From the NCBI GenBank assembly GCA_051599415.1, contig AP039706.1:124001-188000 (forward strand): DNA of 64,000 nt. Reading direction: 5' to 3'. Below are positions 43,601 through 52,623 of the stretch, in pieces (position 1 is the stretch's first letter; each line of letters begins with the position of its first letter). The notes beneath the pieces were generated by a model. The model saw only the letters and a list, made by a program, of their open reading frames with translations. It was not told where the DNA came from and did not search any database. The position numbers and the translations under genes are program-made. This DNA comes from Savitreella phatthalungensis. Lineage: Eukaryota.

Positions 43601-45693
43601 TGGTGGGAGCCGATGAGGTCACTGTACTTAGTGGCGATCTGAACGACGACCTGAAGATTCTGACGGATGTTCTGCTTGAGCATCTCGTTCAGGCAGTCAA
43701 GCGATTGCTCAACCGACAAGGTGCCGAAGAAGCCAACCAGCCACTCCGTGTTGAGGACCTGTGTGTGGACGACGACGCGCTTGATGTCCGCAGGAGTATC
43801 GTAGAGCTCGAGTGCGCGCTGATAGAGGCCTGCCTTCTCGCAGAGCGAGGCGATGGACGGCTTGTCGAAGTGAGAGAACATCTCGTTACCGAGAATAGCG
43901 TCAGCGACTTGAGGTGCGTTGAGGAGGTTCATCTCGAGCAAACGGGTTTGCAGGCGGCCTTGGTCTGGGCGGTTGTCCTTGAGTGCGTCGAGGAGGAAGG
44001 CTGTGGCTTGCTGAATCATGTTCTGTGAGAGGAAGACATCGACGACGCGCTCGACATCGACGAGAGAGCCGCCCTCGGTATTGGCAAGCTGAGTAGCGAA
44101 TTCTGCGCCGCGCTCGGGATTCACACGGACGATGTGCTGCAACAGGGCTGCGTAGTCTGGCGAGTAGCCTGTCTGCGCAGCGTAGGGCACGATCTGGTCG
44201 AATTGACCGAGCTCTGCGAAGCATGCAACGACCTTGGGTGGGACATTTGCCTTCTGGTAGATCTGCAGGGCGAGTGCCAGGTTGGAGGAGCGAACAAGGT
44301 CTCCGAGCTGCTCGGAGCAGCCAAGCTTGTCCTCGCCTAGCCACTTCTCGAGCAGCTGCACGCGTCCCTGCTGAATGACGGGACGCGAGAGTTCGAGGGT
44401 CTCGTGCTCGTTGAGAGCACCGCGGTCAAGCAAGGAGCCAAAGTACTGCAGGATTGGGGACAGTCCACCAGTAGCAGGAGCGTTCTTGAAGCGCTGGATG
44501 GTGTCTGGAGTACGAAGGATGCCGCGAGGTGAGCTTGCAGCGACCTTGGCAGCTTCTGCGAGGTTGCCAGAGTTGAAAAGTTGCTGGAAGCGCTGAACGT
44601 AAATATCGTCTGCACCTGGCAGATCTCCACGACCTGCAAGCTTGACTGCGAGCGTTGCGTCACTCAGCGTGTTCATGATGTAAGGTATCACGTTCTGCTC
44701 GTCGACGCTGACGGAAAGTACCTGACCTTTGCGGTTGATTGCGAGGATACCAGCGGTGGCGTCGTGGTCAGCGGTGACAAAGACGGTCTCACCGGAGATA
44801 CGGTTCATGTAGATGCAGACGCCGCTCTCCAGATCGTACAGGTGGATAAACCCATACTTTGTGACGAGATAGATGATGCCGTAACGCTTTGAGACCTGCA
44901 TTGAGACTGGGAAGTCATTAACTGCCTCGGGGGGAAAGAACACATCGACTTGCTTCTTCTGGAAGACTGGGTTTTGTGCATTGTGGTCGATTTCAACCAC
45001 GTGAAGCTTTGCACCCTGGGGCTGGCGGACTGCGAAAGTGAAGAGCTGCGTGTCTGCCGGGTGATCTTCGAGACGGATCTGAGCGAATGCGGCAGCGTGA
45101 CCTTCAATCGGTTGAGACTGTCCACGCTCGACAGAGTAGAGCTGCATGGCTCCCGCGACTCGACCTTCAACGGACTTGATGCCGACGACGATGCACCACT
45201 TCTCCTGCGCATTGACCTTGTAGCCAATGATCTGTGCGTCTGCAAGATTCTGGCTGCGGTCAAAGATCTTTCGAGGTGCTTCTTCACCGGAAAGTGCCCA
45301 GTGGTAGACACTTGTTGGTGTGACCATGCCGATCTTGGAGGGTGAGATCCATGACCAGAACTTGATATCTTCGTTCATCATGTGGGATTTGAGCTTCTGC
45401 TTTGCATCGAGGTTGAACACTTGGAGCTGCCTGCCTGCCTTGAGTGCGATGATGTTCTGGGATGGGTGCATGATGGCGTGCTCTGCCTGGATGTTGCGCC
45501 GCATGACACCGGATCCGAGGTTGTGAAGGTCGATGACGACGAGCTGGTTTGAGTCTGCTTCACGAACGCACACATATCGGTCAGAGGTGAGGGTGAGTGT
45601 GTTGAATCCGATGGCTGATTGAGGGATGTTGTAAGGTGCAGAGGTGAGCTGAAGTACCTCTGAGAATTTGATGGGGAGTGCAGCGGCCGCCAT
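40684..45693 (-). CDS. CHC1: Clathrin heavy chain
   Basis: 1669 aa; [31 protein letters not shown] repeats, [16 protein letters not shown]. Confidence 0.98.
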   Translation of the reverse strand: MAAAALPIKFSEVLQLTSAPYNIPQSAIGFNTLTLTSDRYVCVREADSNQLVVIDLHNLGSGVMRRNIQAEHAIMHPSQNIIALKAGRQLQVFNLDAKQKLKSHMMNEDIKFWSWISPSKIGMVTPTSVYHWALSGEEAPRKIFDRSQNLADAQIIGYKVNAQEKWCIVVGIKSVEGRVAGAMQLYSVERGQSQPIEGHAAAFAQIRLEDHPADTQLFTFAVRQPQGAKLHVVEIDHNAQNPVFQKKQVDVFFPPEAVNDFPVSMQVSKRYGIIYLVTKYGFIHLYDLESGVCIYMNRISGETVFVTADHDATAGILAINRKGQVLSVSVDEQNVIPYIMNTLSDATLAVKLAGRGDLPGADDIYVQRFQQLFNSGNLAEAAKVAASSPRGILRTPDTIQRFKNAPATGGLSPILQYFGSLLDRGALNEHETLELSRPVIQQGRVQLLEKWLGEDKLGCSEQLGDLVRSSNLALALQIYQKANVPPKVVACFAELGQFDQIVPYAAQTGYSPDYAALLQHIVRVNPERGAEFATQLANTEGGSLVDVERVVDVFLSQNMIQQATAFLLDALKDNRPDQGRLQTRLLEMNLLNAPQVADAILGNEMFSHFDKPSIASLCEKAGLYQRALELYDTPADIKRVVVHTQVLNTEWLVGFFGTLSVEQSLDCLNEMLKQNIRQNLQVVVQIATKYSDLIGSHQLIQLFEKYKTPEGLYYYLGSIVNLTEEQEVVFKYIQAAASIGQLKEVERVCRESNAYNPDKVKNFLKEARLPDQLPLIIVCDRFDFVHDLVLYLYQNQLFKFIEVYVQRVNPQRAPAVVGGLLDVDCDENIIKGLLMSVVNQVPVADLVAEVERRNRLKMLLPFLEASQPDREVTNALAKIYIDSNNNPERFLKEQDYDTLVVGKYCEKRDPSLAFIAYSKGQNDLELVRITNENQMFKQQARYVLSRREPGLWEAVLSSDNSFRRQLVDQVIATAVPESSSPEDVSVAVKAFMQADLPIELIDLLEKIILEPSAFSDNQNLQNLLILTAIKSDKARVRGYVTKLDNYDAPDIAQIALQSGLHEEAFDIYQKQGSHADAVNVLVEHVVSIDRAQEYADKVDTPEVWSRLAKAQLDGLRVTDSIDSYLKAKDPSNYAEVVEIADRAGKSEDLIRYLQMARKTVREPVVDTALLLAFAKTDRLHDLEDFLQGTNVADVNKAGDDCYDAQQYQAAKVLFTGVSNWARLASTLVHLGEYQNAVDCARKANSIKVWKEVNQVCIDQREFRLAQICGLNLIVHAEELSALVRQYEYNGFFEELMTLMEAGLSLERAHMGMFTELAILYTKYRTEAVMSHIKLFWGRIQMPKTIRACEQAHLWPELVFLYEHYDEFDNAALTIMERSADAWEHAKFKEIIVKVANLEIYYKALNFYLQEQPMLLTDLLQALTPRIDHTRVVRMFEKSDNVPLIRSYLAAVQEKNIEAVNTAYNELLIEEEDYKSLRHSVDSYDRFETLALAQKLEKHELLEFRRIAAHLYRKMKRWQHAIDLSKGDRLWKDAVEISAASSKPEVVEELARYFVEVGNKEVFAALLFTCYHLVSLDLVMELSWRYGLQDFTMPYLINHQHEQQQKLQQLFQDNEDRKKRDQDLQQKDDTTPMIGNPLMITAAPASGMMGMPGQPTGYGGGLNGGQMYGY

Positions 45694-46019
45694 GATGGAA
45701 TGAGACCGTCCGACTGACTTGGCTGATGTGGATTGTGAGAGGAGTGTTCACAGGGGTCAATGGATAGAGCTTAAAGGAGGTGAGGGTGAAGAAGTAGGTG
45801 AGGTATGTTAGGACAGAGAGTCAACTGTACGTCAAAGTCGATCTCTGTGCCACTAGCTCACCCAGGGAATCCTGTTTCAATTGGGGGGGCAGGGATGGGG
45901 AACTTCTGAGGTTAGGTCTAGTTTGAGTCAGAGATCACTTCTCCCTCTAGTGTATTTTCAGATGGGTGAGGTTGTTGACAGAGATGTAGTATATTGGGTG
46001 ATGTTGGAGAGGGTAGAGT

Positions 46020-46110
46020 GATGGTTAGGTGGTTGATGGTTAGGTGGTTGATGGTGGTGGTTGATGGTGGTGGTGGTGGTGGTGGTGGTGGTGGTGATGG
46101 TGGTCGTCGT
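46020..46110. repeat. (GGT)n / GGTTGAT low-complexity repeat
   Basis: Directly visible in the sequence. Confidence 0.8.
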
Positions 46111-46312
46111 CATTGTGTTGGTTGCGCGAATGCGGGTACTGGAGCGTGTATGTGGGTGTGTATGTGTGTAAGTGTGTGGGTGGGTAGAGAGAGTGGTATG
46201 GGTATGGGTGAGGGTGAATGAGTACAGCAGCTGTGATTCAGGAAGGTGAATATTCAAATTTAGATCAATTAAAATTAATTTAGAATGAATGCACGAATTA
46301 CTCTGCGTAGTC

Positions 46313-46438
46313 CAGTACAGTATACAGTATACAGTATACAGTATACAGTAGAGTATACAGTATAGAGTACAAAATAGTACAGTATACAGTACAGTATACA
46401 GTACAATATACAATAGAGTACAAAACAGTACAGTACAA
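46313..46438. repeat. Degenerate TATACAG / AGTAC minisatellite
   Basis: Tandem 7-mer and 5-mer units visible in the sequence. Confidence 0.85.
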
Positions 46439-46926
46439 TGGATTTCCAGTATCAAACACGTGCACATGCACATAAACATCACTGAACTATAGAAGCGCTG
46501 CATACATATACTGTATATATGTGGATAGGTGTACATATGGATGTCAAAGTTGATCATGTATTCAGTTGGACTTACAGTAGCCAACAGCTTGAAGAGGAAA
46601 TTGTGATATAATATTAGGGTTAAATAGTGGCTGATGGATTGAAGTTAGGGTGATATCGTGGCTGAGTTGGATCAATTTGTATATCAATCATCACGTGCTT
46701 GAGTAGGCAGGTTGATGGGCTGAGAATCAGGCACCCCATATGAGTACTGTACTTCGAGGTTACATCCTACTACCATATCACTCGGCTGCCCACTACCTAC
46801 CGCTGCGCCCATCTTCGACTTGAAGCTCAGCATCCACCGCTTGAGCAGTACCCGATTGACGACCAGGTCTTCTCACTGAAAGTGCCGCGTGCTCTACTCA
46901 CATACACTCTCCTCACATAAATAGCC

Positions 46927-47832
46927 ATGGTCAAGCGCAAGGCATCTGATCTACAGGGAAAGCGAGCTTCCGCCACCGCCAGCGCCTCCGCACCAAAGGC
47001 CAAGGCTTCTAGGACTTCCACCACTGTAGCTCCTGCACAATCCGCACAGTCCCTGGACGACGACTTTACGGCGTTTGATGCAGCGGATGACAGTTCTGAC
47101 GAGGAATCTGCCTCGAGCGAAGACGACTCCAGCGACAACAACGTCGGTGATGCTGACGATGATGCTGACGAGAGCGGTGTCGAGGTTGATGCGGATGAAG
47201 GGATTGACTCTGAGGAGGAGGACGACTCGGTTGCGGAGGATGCAGAAGAATCTGATGATTCCGACGACGAAGCTGCCCAAGATGACCGGATCGTCAGACT
47301 TTCAGACCTCACCCCAAACATCAACGACGCTCTCACCTCCGCTCGCCAACGTAAATCCAAATCAGCATCGTCGCAGCCGGGGGTCGTCTACATCGGTCGC
47401 GTCCCTCACGGTTTCTATGAGGATGAGATGCGCGGGTACTTTGCCCAGTTTGGCGAGGTTCTGAGAGTGCGTGTGTCGCGGAGCAAGAAGAGTGGTCGAT
47501 CGAAGGGTTACGCGTTTGTAGAGTTTGGTGAACGGGATGTTGCGACGGTTGTTGCGAGATCGATGCACAACTACCTGCTTGGTGGCAAGTTGCTACAGGT
47601 GAAGGTGCTGTCTGGGGAGGAGGTAAAGGCGAAGGGCGGCCAGGACCAGATCTTCAAGGGTGCAGGCAGAAAGTTCAAGCACGTGCCTTGGGCAGCGATC
47701 GAACGGTCAAGGCTCGACAAACCTAGAACAAAGCAGCAGTGGGACAAGCTCCAACAGCGAGAAGACAGGCGGAGAAAAGACGCAAACAAGCGCATCAAGG
47801 CCGCAGGAATCGACTACGAGTATTCCCGGTGA
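46927..47832 (+). CDS. NOP15: Nucleolar RRM protein Nop15/NIFK
   Basis: Acidic N-terminus; GVVYIGRVPHGFYEDEMRGYFAQFG, SRSKKSGRSKGYAFVEF, MHNYLL, GIDYEY. Confidence 0.92.
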   Translation: MVKRKASDLQGKRASATASASAPKAKASRTSTTVAPAQSAQSLDDDFTAFDAADDSSDEESASSEDDSSDNNVGDADDDADESGVEVDADEGIDSEEEDDSVAEDAEESDDSDDEAAQDDRIVRLSDLTPNINDALTSARQRKSKSASSQPGVVYIGRVPHGFYEDEMRGYFAQFGEVLRVRVSRSKKSGRSKGYAFVEFGERDVATVVARSMHNYLLGGKLLQVKVLSGEEVKAKGGQDQIFKGAGRKFKHVPWAAIERSRLDKPRTKQQWDKLQQREDRRRKDANKRIKAAGIDYEYSR

Positions 47833-48017
47833 GATTCCGCATCAGAGTGGGTCACGGGTCTGGAAAGACGGTGCGTGCTGTCAATGGTCTGTCCATAATG
47901 CCGTATGTATGTACATGGAAAAAGAGGAAACACCTATGCGAGTGTGCGAATGATGATAGATGAGTTCGTGATGCCGCCGTCGTGTCGTCGTGTGCGTTTG
48001 TCGCTTGAAGAGAATCG

Positions 48018-49001
48018 TCACTCTGTGATGGTATTCTCAGTCTGTCCTGAGGTGGAGTGTGAGAGATCTGGCATGAGTGTCGGTGTAGATGAGGTTCGCT
48101 GATGGAGGGGCACCAGGTCGTCGGTGTCGGCTGTTGTGCGAACGACTTCGAAATGGTGTCTCCAGGCGTCTAGCATCCAGGCGAATGCTGCGTGCAACTG
48201 GACAAACACATCCTCCATTCCCGTCAACTCTGCCAATCCTTTCTCCTGCGCCCGCCCTTTCGGTCTCAGGAATGAGCGGTCTGAGAGCTCGTCGCTCGTC
48301 CGCACGCCATTCTTCCCGCTGCCAGCAGGCGCATGCAGCCGTTCGGCAAGCTCGCTGTTGGCGGAGACAAGTCTCGTCGACAGCGTTTTGAATCGCTCTG
48401 TCACAAACGTCCACGACTGCAGGAGGTTGTGCTCGTCTGTGGTGGTGCACATGAGTGCGTACTGCCTGCGCGCGGATGACGGGGCTCCGATGGCGGAAGC
48501 GGTGGATGATGTCGCTGAAGCACCCTTCGCGTGCTGCGGATCTGTCAGGCGGAAGATGTATGCAATCGTGTACCCAATTGTCGGGTCGCCGAAGAAGACT
48601 GGACCTGATCTGCCTGGCACGGCTTCCGAAGACAGCGCGCGGATGCATGCTGATCTGAGCGCTTTGTAGCGGTCACCGTTGCTGGGGTGCCGTTTGCTCG
48701 AATACACTGTGCCGCCGGAGGTCATGTCATCCGCATTCGCATTGCTGGTCGTCTGCATGTGTGGCGGCACCCCAGGCGTACGCAAATGTGCCGGCAGCGA
48801 CATCAGACAAGATGCGCACCCGCCTTTACTCGATGAGGACGGCGCAGAACCCGGAGAGGAAGAAGTGCCGCCAGAGGATGTGGCTGTGACAGGACTGCCG
48901 ACAGGAGGGACTGCACGGGCGGGGAACGCCTGTGTACAGAAGATGTTGACGGGACCATGTAACTCACACCAGACCGCGCAGCTCAAGATTGTATTTGCCA
49001 T
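48018..49001 (-). CDS. LST7: Folliculin/Lst7 (Bhd1) longin-domain protein
   Basis: WCELHGP..IFCTQ, CASC, ACIRALSSE, GPVFFGD...GYTIAYIFRLTD, LAELTG...FVQLHA.F. Confidence 0.9.
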   Translation of the reverse strand: MANTILSCAVWCELHGPVNIFCTQAFPARAVPPVGSPVTATSSGGTSSSPGSAPSSSSKGGCASCLMSLPAHLRTPGVPPHMQTTSNANADDMTSGGTVYSSKRHPSNGDRYKALRSACIRALSSEAVPGRSGPVFFGDPTIGYTIAYIFRLTDPQHAKGASATSSTASAIGAPSSARRQYALMCTTTDEHNLLQSWTFVTERFKTLSTRLVSANSELAERLHAPAGSGKNGVRTSDELSDRSFLRPKGRAQEKGLAELTGMEDVFVQLHAAFAWMLDAWRHHFEVVRTTADTDDLVPLHQRTSSTPTLMPDLSHSTSGQTENTITE

Positions 49002-49347
49002 GTCGTCAAGATGTGAGAAAGTGCGTTAAATGAATAAAGCGTCCGTGGAGCGCGTACTCGTCACTCTATTCAGAGGACAGAGGACAGAGAGAACGTACGC
49101 GCTGCGTCCTTGTCAAGGAAGGCTGTCCTTGACGTTGTTGAGGCAGTCAGGAAGATGTGATAAGCAAGCAAAGTACTGTTACGATCAAAATCCTGTTCCG
49201 GAATTTTGTGGAGCCTGAGGATACGCGACTCCAGTGGACTGGACGCCTGGAGACTAGACCTAGATACGTCTGACATTAACAAGAACGGGAGGAAGAAGAC
49301 GGAACAACGGAACTTACGCAGCAGATGCGACTACAGACAGCTCGTGA

Positions 49348-51120
49348 ATGAGTGAAGTGTCAATGTCGTCGCGGCTGGCGGTGCTGCCTCGTGCAGGTCA
49401 GACGATCGCTAGGAATGTAAAGCAGCTGCTGGTACTCGACTCGTCCTTTAATCCACCTCATCTAGCTCACTTCTCTCTCTTGAAGCGCGCTCTCGAGCAT
49501 GCGCCGCTGGAATCTCCGTCCGCGGTACTGCTGATGTATGCTACGCGGAATGCCGACAAGGGGTCGAAGGGTCAGGAGGACACGGACAATAGGCTTGCCC
49601 TCATCCAGGCGTTCTCGACATCGGTCGCGAGAGATCTGCACGAGCAGACGTACATCTGCCTGACGCAGGAGCCCTTCTTCAAGGATAAATTTGAAGCTCT
49701 GCGCGAATACCTCCCTCAGGCCAGTCAGACTTACATCGTCGGGTACGACACGTTCGTCCGCATACTCGACGGCAAGTATTACCCGGATCGTGACCTCAAG
49801 GCTGCTTTGTCTGGATTCTTTGCCAAGGGACGACTTGTGTGCGCGCTCCGACAGGGAGACAGCTGGGGCGACTATGATGCTCAGCGACAGCACGTCGAGC
49901 GGATACGGTCTGGAAAGGAAGGTGGCATTCCTGCTGGATGGGGAGACGCGATCGAGGTTATGACGCTGGCGAATGATGAAGGAATGGGCGTGTCGTCGAC
50001 GGCCGTGCGCGAGGCTGTGAAGACTGGAGATACAGGGACGTTGGAACGCTTGGTATTGCCTGAAGTCAGAGAGGTCATTGCTACTCGTGGGCTATATACA
50101 CCGCAGTTCCCACCACTCCTGCGATCACACGTTCTGGCGTGCTCGTACTCCGCATGGCATCCGCTATTCCGGCACATCTCCCCGCGCGTCCGCATCATCC
50201 GCAACCTCCCGCGAGCTTTCATTGGCTACCTGGACGAGGACGGGCTTATGCTGCCGCAGGACAAACCTCGACCGCCACCGAGACTACAAGAGATCTCGTC
50301 GGAGAGCTCGTTCGAGGACGAGGGGTTTTCGGAGGTCGATCCTACAGAAGCTTTCGCTGAGCTGCATCAGGAGATCACTTCGCTCATTGGCGAACTCGGT
50401 GGCAGTGTGGTGCCGAAGCTGAACTGGTCGTCGCCAAGAGATGCCGTTTGGATCTCGGCGGACCGCACACTCCGGTGTAGAGACCCCTCAGACATTTACC
50501 TGCTTCTAAAGTCGTCGGATTTCATCAACCACGACCTCGGCGGGCATGCGTTTGAGAATTGCGTAGACGACAGGTCGGCGTTGCGACCTGAGGAGGTGGA
50601 GCTGGTGCTTAAGAAGTGGTTTGACGTTCGGCCTTCGCTTGAATTCCGCTGCTTCGTCTTGGACAAGCGCCTGAAGGCCATCTCGCAACGTGATCCGAAT
50701 CCCTATGATTTTTTAGGAGCCCGTCGCGGGGAGATCGTTGGCCTCGCAAAACGCTTATTCGAGGATGAACTCGTGCCGAAGCTATCTCTGGACAATTTCG
50801 CCTTCGACATCTATGTCTCCCCGGCATTCGACAAGGTATGGCTCATGGATATCTCCCCGTGCGCCCGATCGACGGACGGACTGCTGTTCAGCTGGCCGGA
50901 ACTATTGACTCTGCAAGGAGACGATGTCGAGCTGAGACTGGTCGATGAGCACGCAGTCATGGCCTCGCATCCACAGTTCTCAGCTCATCAGGTGCCTTAT
51001 GATCTTGTCGACGGTAGTGACGGTCGCACGGTTGCCGAATTCGCTGAGGAATTCCAGAGACGTCTGGCGTCTGCCGCCATCGACGATGCCCACGACGACG
51101 AGAGTCGCGGCCAATCATAG
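49348..51120 (+). CDS. CDC123: Fusion protein: Pof1-like nucleotidyltransferase (NMNAT/cytidylyltransferase fold, ~aa 1-250) + Cdc123/D123 ATP-grasp eIF2 assembly factor (~aa 254-590)
   Basis: N-half: LLVLDSSFNPPHLAH, NADK, VGYDTFVRILDGKYY, VSST.VR, GLY. C-half: FPP...HVLACSYSAW, PKLNWSSPRDA, LLLKSS, EFRCFV, ISQRD, DGLLFSW. One uninterrupted ORF. Confidence 0.88.
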   Translation: MSEVSMSSRLAVLPRAGQTIARNVKQLLVLDSSFNPPHLAHFSLLKRALEHAPLESPSAVLLMYATRNADKGSKGQEDTDNRLALIQAFSTSVARDLHEQTYICLTQEPFFKDKFEALREYLPQASQTYIVGYDTFVRILDGKYYPDRDLKAALSGFFAKGRLVCALRQGDSWGDYDAQRQHVERIRSGKEGGIPAGWGDAIEVMTLANDEGMGVSSTAVREAVKTGDTGTLERLVLPEVREVIATRGLYTPQFPPLLRSHVLACSYSAWHPLFRHISPRVRIIRNLPRAFIGYLDEDGLMLPQDKPRPPPRLQEISSESSFEDEGFSEVDPTEAFAELHQEITSLIGELGGSVVPKLNWSSPRDAVWISADRTLRCRDPSDIYLLLKSSDFINHDLGGHAFENCVDDRSALRPEEVELVLKKWFDVRPSLEFRCFVLDKRLKAISQRDPNPYDFLGARRGEIVGLAKRLFEDELVPKLSLDNFAFDIYVSPAFDKVWLMDISPCARSTDGLLFSWPELLTLQGDDVELRLVDEHAVMASHPQFSAHQVPYDLVDGSDGRTVAEFAEEFQRRLASAAIDDAHDDESRGQS

Positions 51121-51220
51121 GAGGATGCGCACATCGCGAAGCTGCCGCGCGCTTCATGATCATGAATGATATTGGATGCATATGAACTGGATAGACTTGA
51201 AGTTGTGGGAGTGACGGTAC

Positions 51221-52213
51221 TTATGGTCTGATCTGCCCAAAGGCCGTAGGGACGCGGATCGGTAGTTGTCCCGTAGGTGTGTGCGATCGTGGCCTTAGCA
51301 GCGATTCACGTGGCTTGTCTCCTGCACTCTTGGGTCGCAGAGCATCGATCTGAGCGTCGAACGGCAGGAGGCTCGAGGCAGGGTTTTGCCAAAGCGATTC
51401 GTAAAGCAGAGGCAAATAATTCGAGGAACGGATCTTTCGTCCGACTGTGATCCAACCACGTCGAGGTCGGTCACCAAACACTTCAAGCCGGCGTTTGCCC
51501 AAACAAAAGTTCTCAATGACGGTGTAAAGCTCTTCCGGTTTCTGATGGTGTCCTGATTCATTCAGCTCTTCACTAATGATGACGTCTGAGTCCACATTGC
51601 AATGGATGATGTGACCATCAGTTGACCTCCTGACTGTGCCGCGGATTCCCATCAGACAATGTTCTTTGACATCATGTAAGAAAGTGCCAGAGTCTCTCGA
51701 AGCTCGACCGCAGAAATCAGATTTGATCCAGACGACGTCCTCTGCACGGCGGTATCCCCAAGCTCGCATCAACTCTCTAGCTGAATCGAGGTTGACAGGG
51801 GTACTCTCGCGAACCATGATCCACAGGAAGCTGGCTTCCGGCACTGCAGCAGCCAACTGGTCAAGCCGCAGGTCATACAGATCCATCGGATGGGTATCGC
51901 GCGGGATATTGAGCAGCAGAGTGTCAAAGCTGTTGGGTGACATGATGAGCGGCAGCGATGGTGCAGAGCCTGGGCCACGCCACACCCAGTGGAGATGAAT
52001 CGGTTCGTGCGCAAGAGATGCTACTTGAGCTCGCTTGAGTCTGTCAAGAACGAGCAGCTTAGGAAGACCGGGGAAACGCCTGATTGGAGAAGTTTCCGGT
52101 GGTTGAGCTGTGTGTTGAAAGTTGCCGGGACTCATACCGGTGAGAACAGCCCGAGTTGTATAAGAGACATTCCTGCCAAATGGGGGAGCATGAAGTAGAC
52201 TCAAATCATCCAT
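51221..52213 (-). CDS. KAR4: MT-A70 family METTL14/Kar4-like protein (non-catalytic m6A writer subunit)
   Basis: SFLWIMV, WGYRRAEDVVWIKS, KEHCLMGIRGTVRRSTDGHIIHCNVDSDVII, KPEELY.VIENFCLGKRRLE; no DPPW motif. Confidence 0.88.
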   Translation of the reverse strand: MDDLSLLHAPPFGRNVSYTTRAVLTGMSPGNFQHTAQPPETSPIRRFPGLPKLLVLDRLKRAQVASLAHEPIHLHWVWRGPGSAPSLPLIMSPNSFDTLLLNIPRDTHPMDLYDLRLDQLAAAVPEASFLWIMVRESTPVNLDSARELMRAWGYRRAEDVVWIKSDFCGRASRDSGTFLHDVKEHCLMGIRGTVRRSTDGHIIHCNVDSDVIISEELNESGHHQKPEELYTVIENFCLGKRRLEVFGDRPRRGWITVGRKIRSSNYLPLLYESLWQNPASSLLPFDAQIDALRPKSAGDKPRESLLRPRSHTPTGQLPIRVPTAFGQIRP

Positions 52214-52623
52214 GAGCGATCGATCATCCAGCAGTTGGAATATCAGACGTGATGATTGACTGGATGAAGAGCAGACGATGTAGTTGTGAGGCTGTTGGAC
52301 ACAATGTCCTGAGCTGATGTTGAATGCGTGGGCAGTCGTGTGTACAATATAGATCACTTCCTAACACGTGCTTAGTAGAGGCAAAACTGTTCAAATTTCA
52401 TCGGTCAGGTCACGTGCTGAATTAGATGTTCAAAATATTCACCACCCTGACATACTCTTCAAATTTTACAGGATTGATCAGTCACGTGTATAGACTTCAT
52501 CAATCGAATCAAGACGTCACAGGCACGAAAGGACGCGTCAGGCTTAAAGTGGACCCGTCCAAAGTAACTGTGCTCATCCTTCAGAGCATCGCGAGGGAAG
52601 TGTGAGGATATTTAAGATTGAGA

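Noticed and set aside
45958..46584. 208-aa minus-strand ORF
   Set aside because: Translation of microsatellites (LYCILY, poly-T/H) with no ATG start; not protein-like
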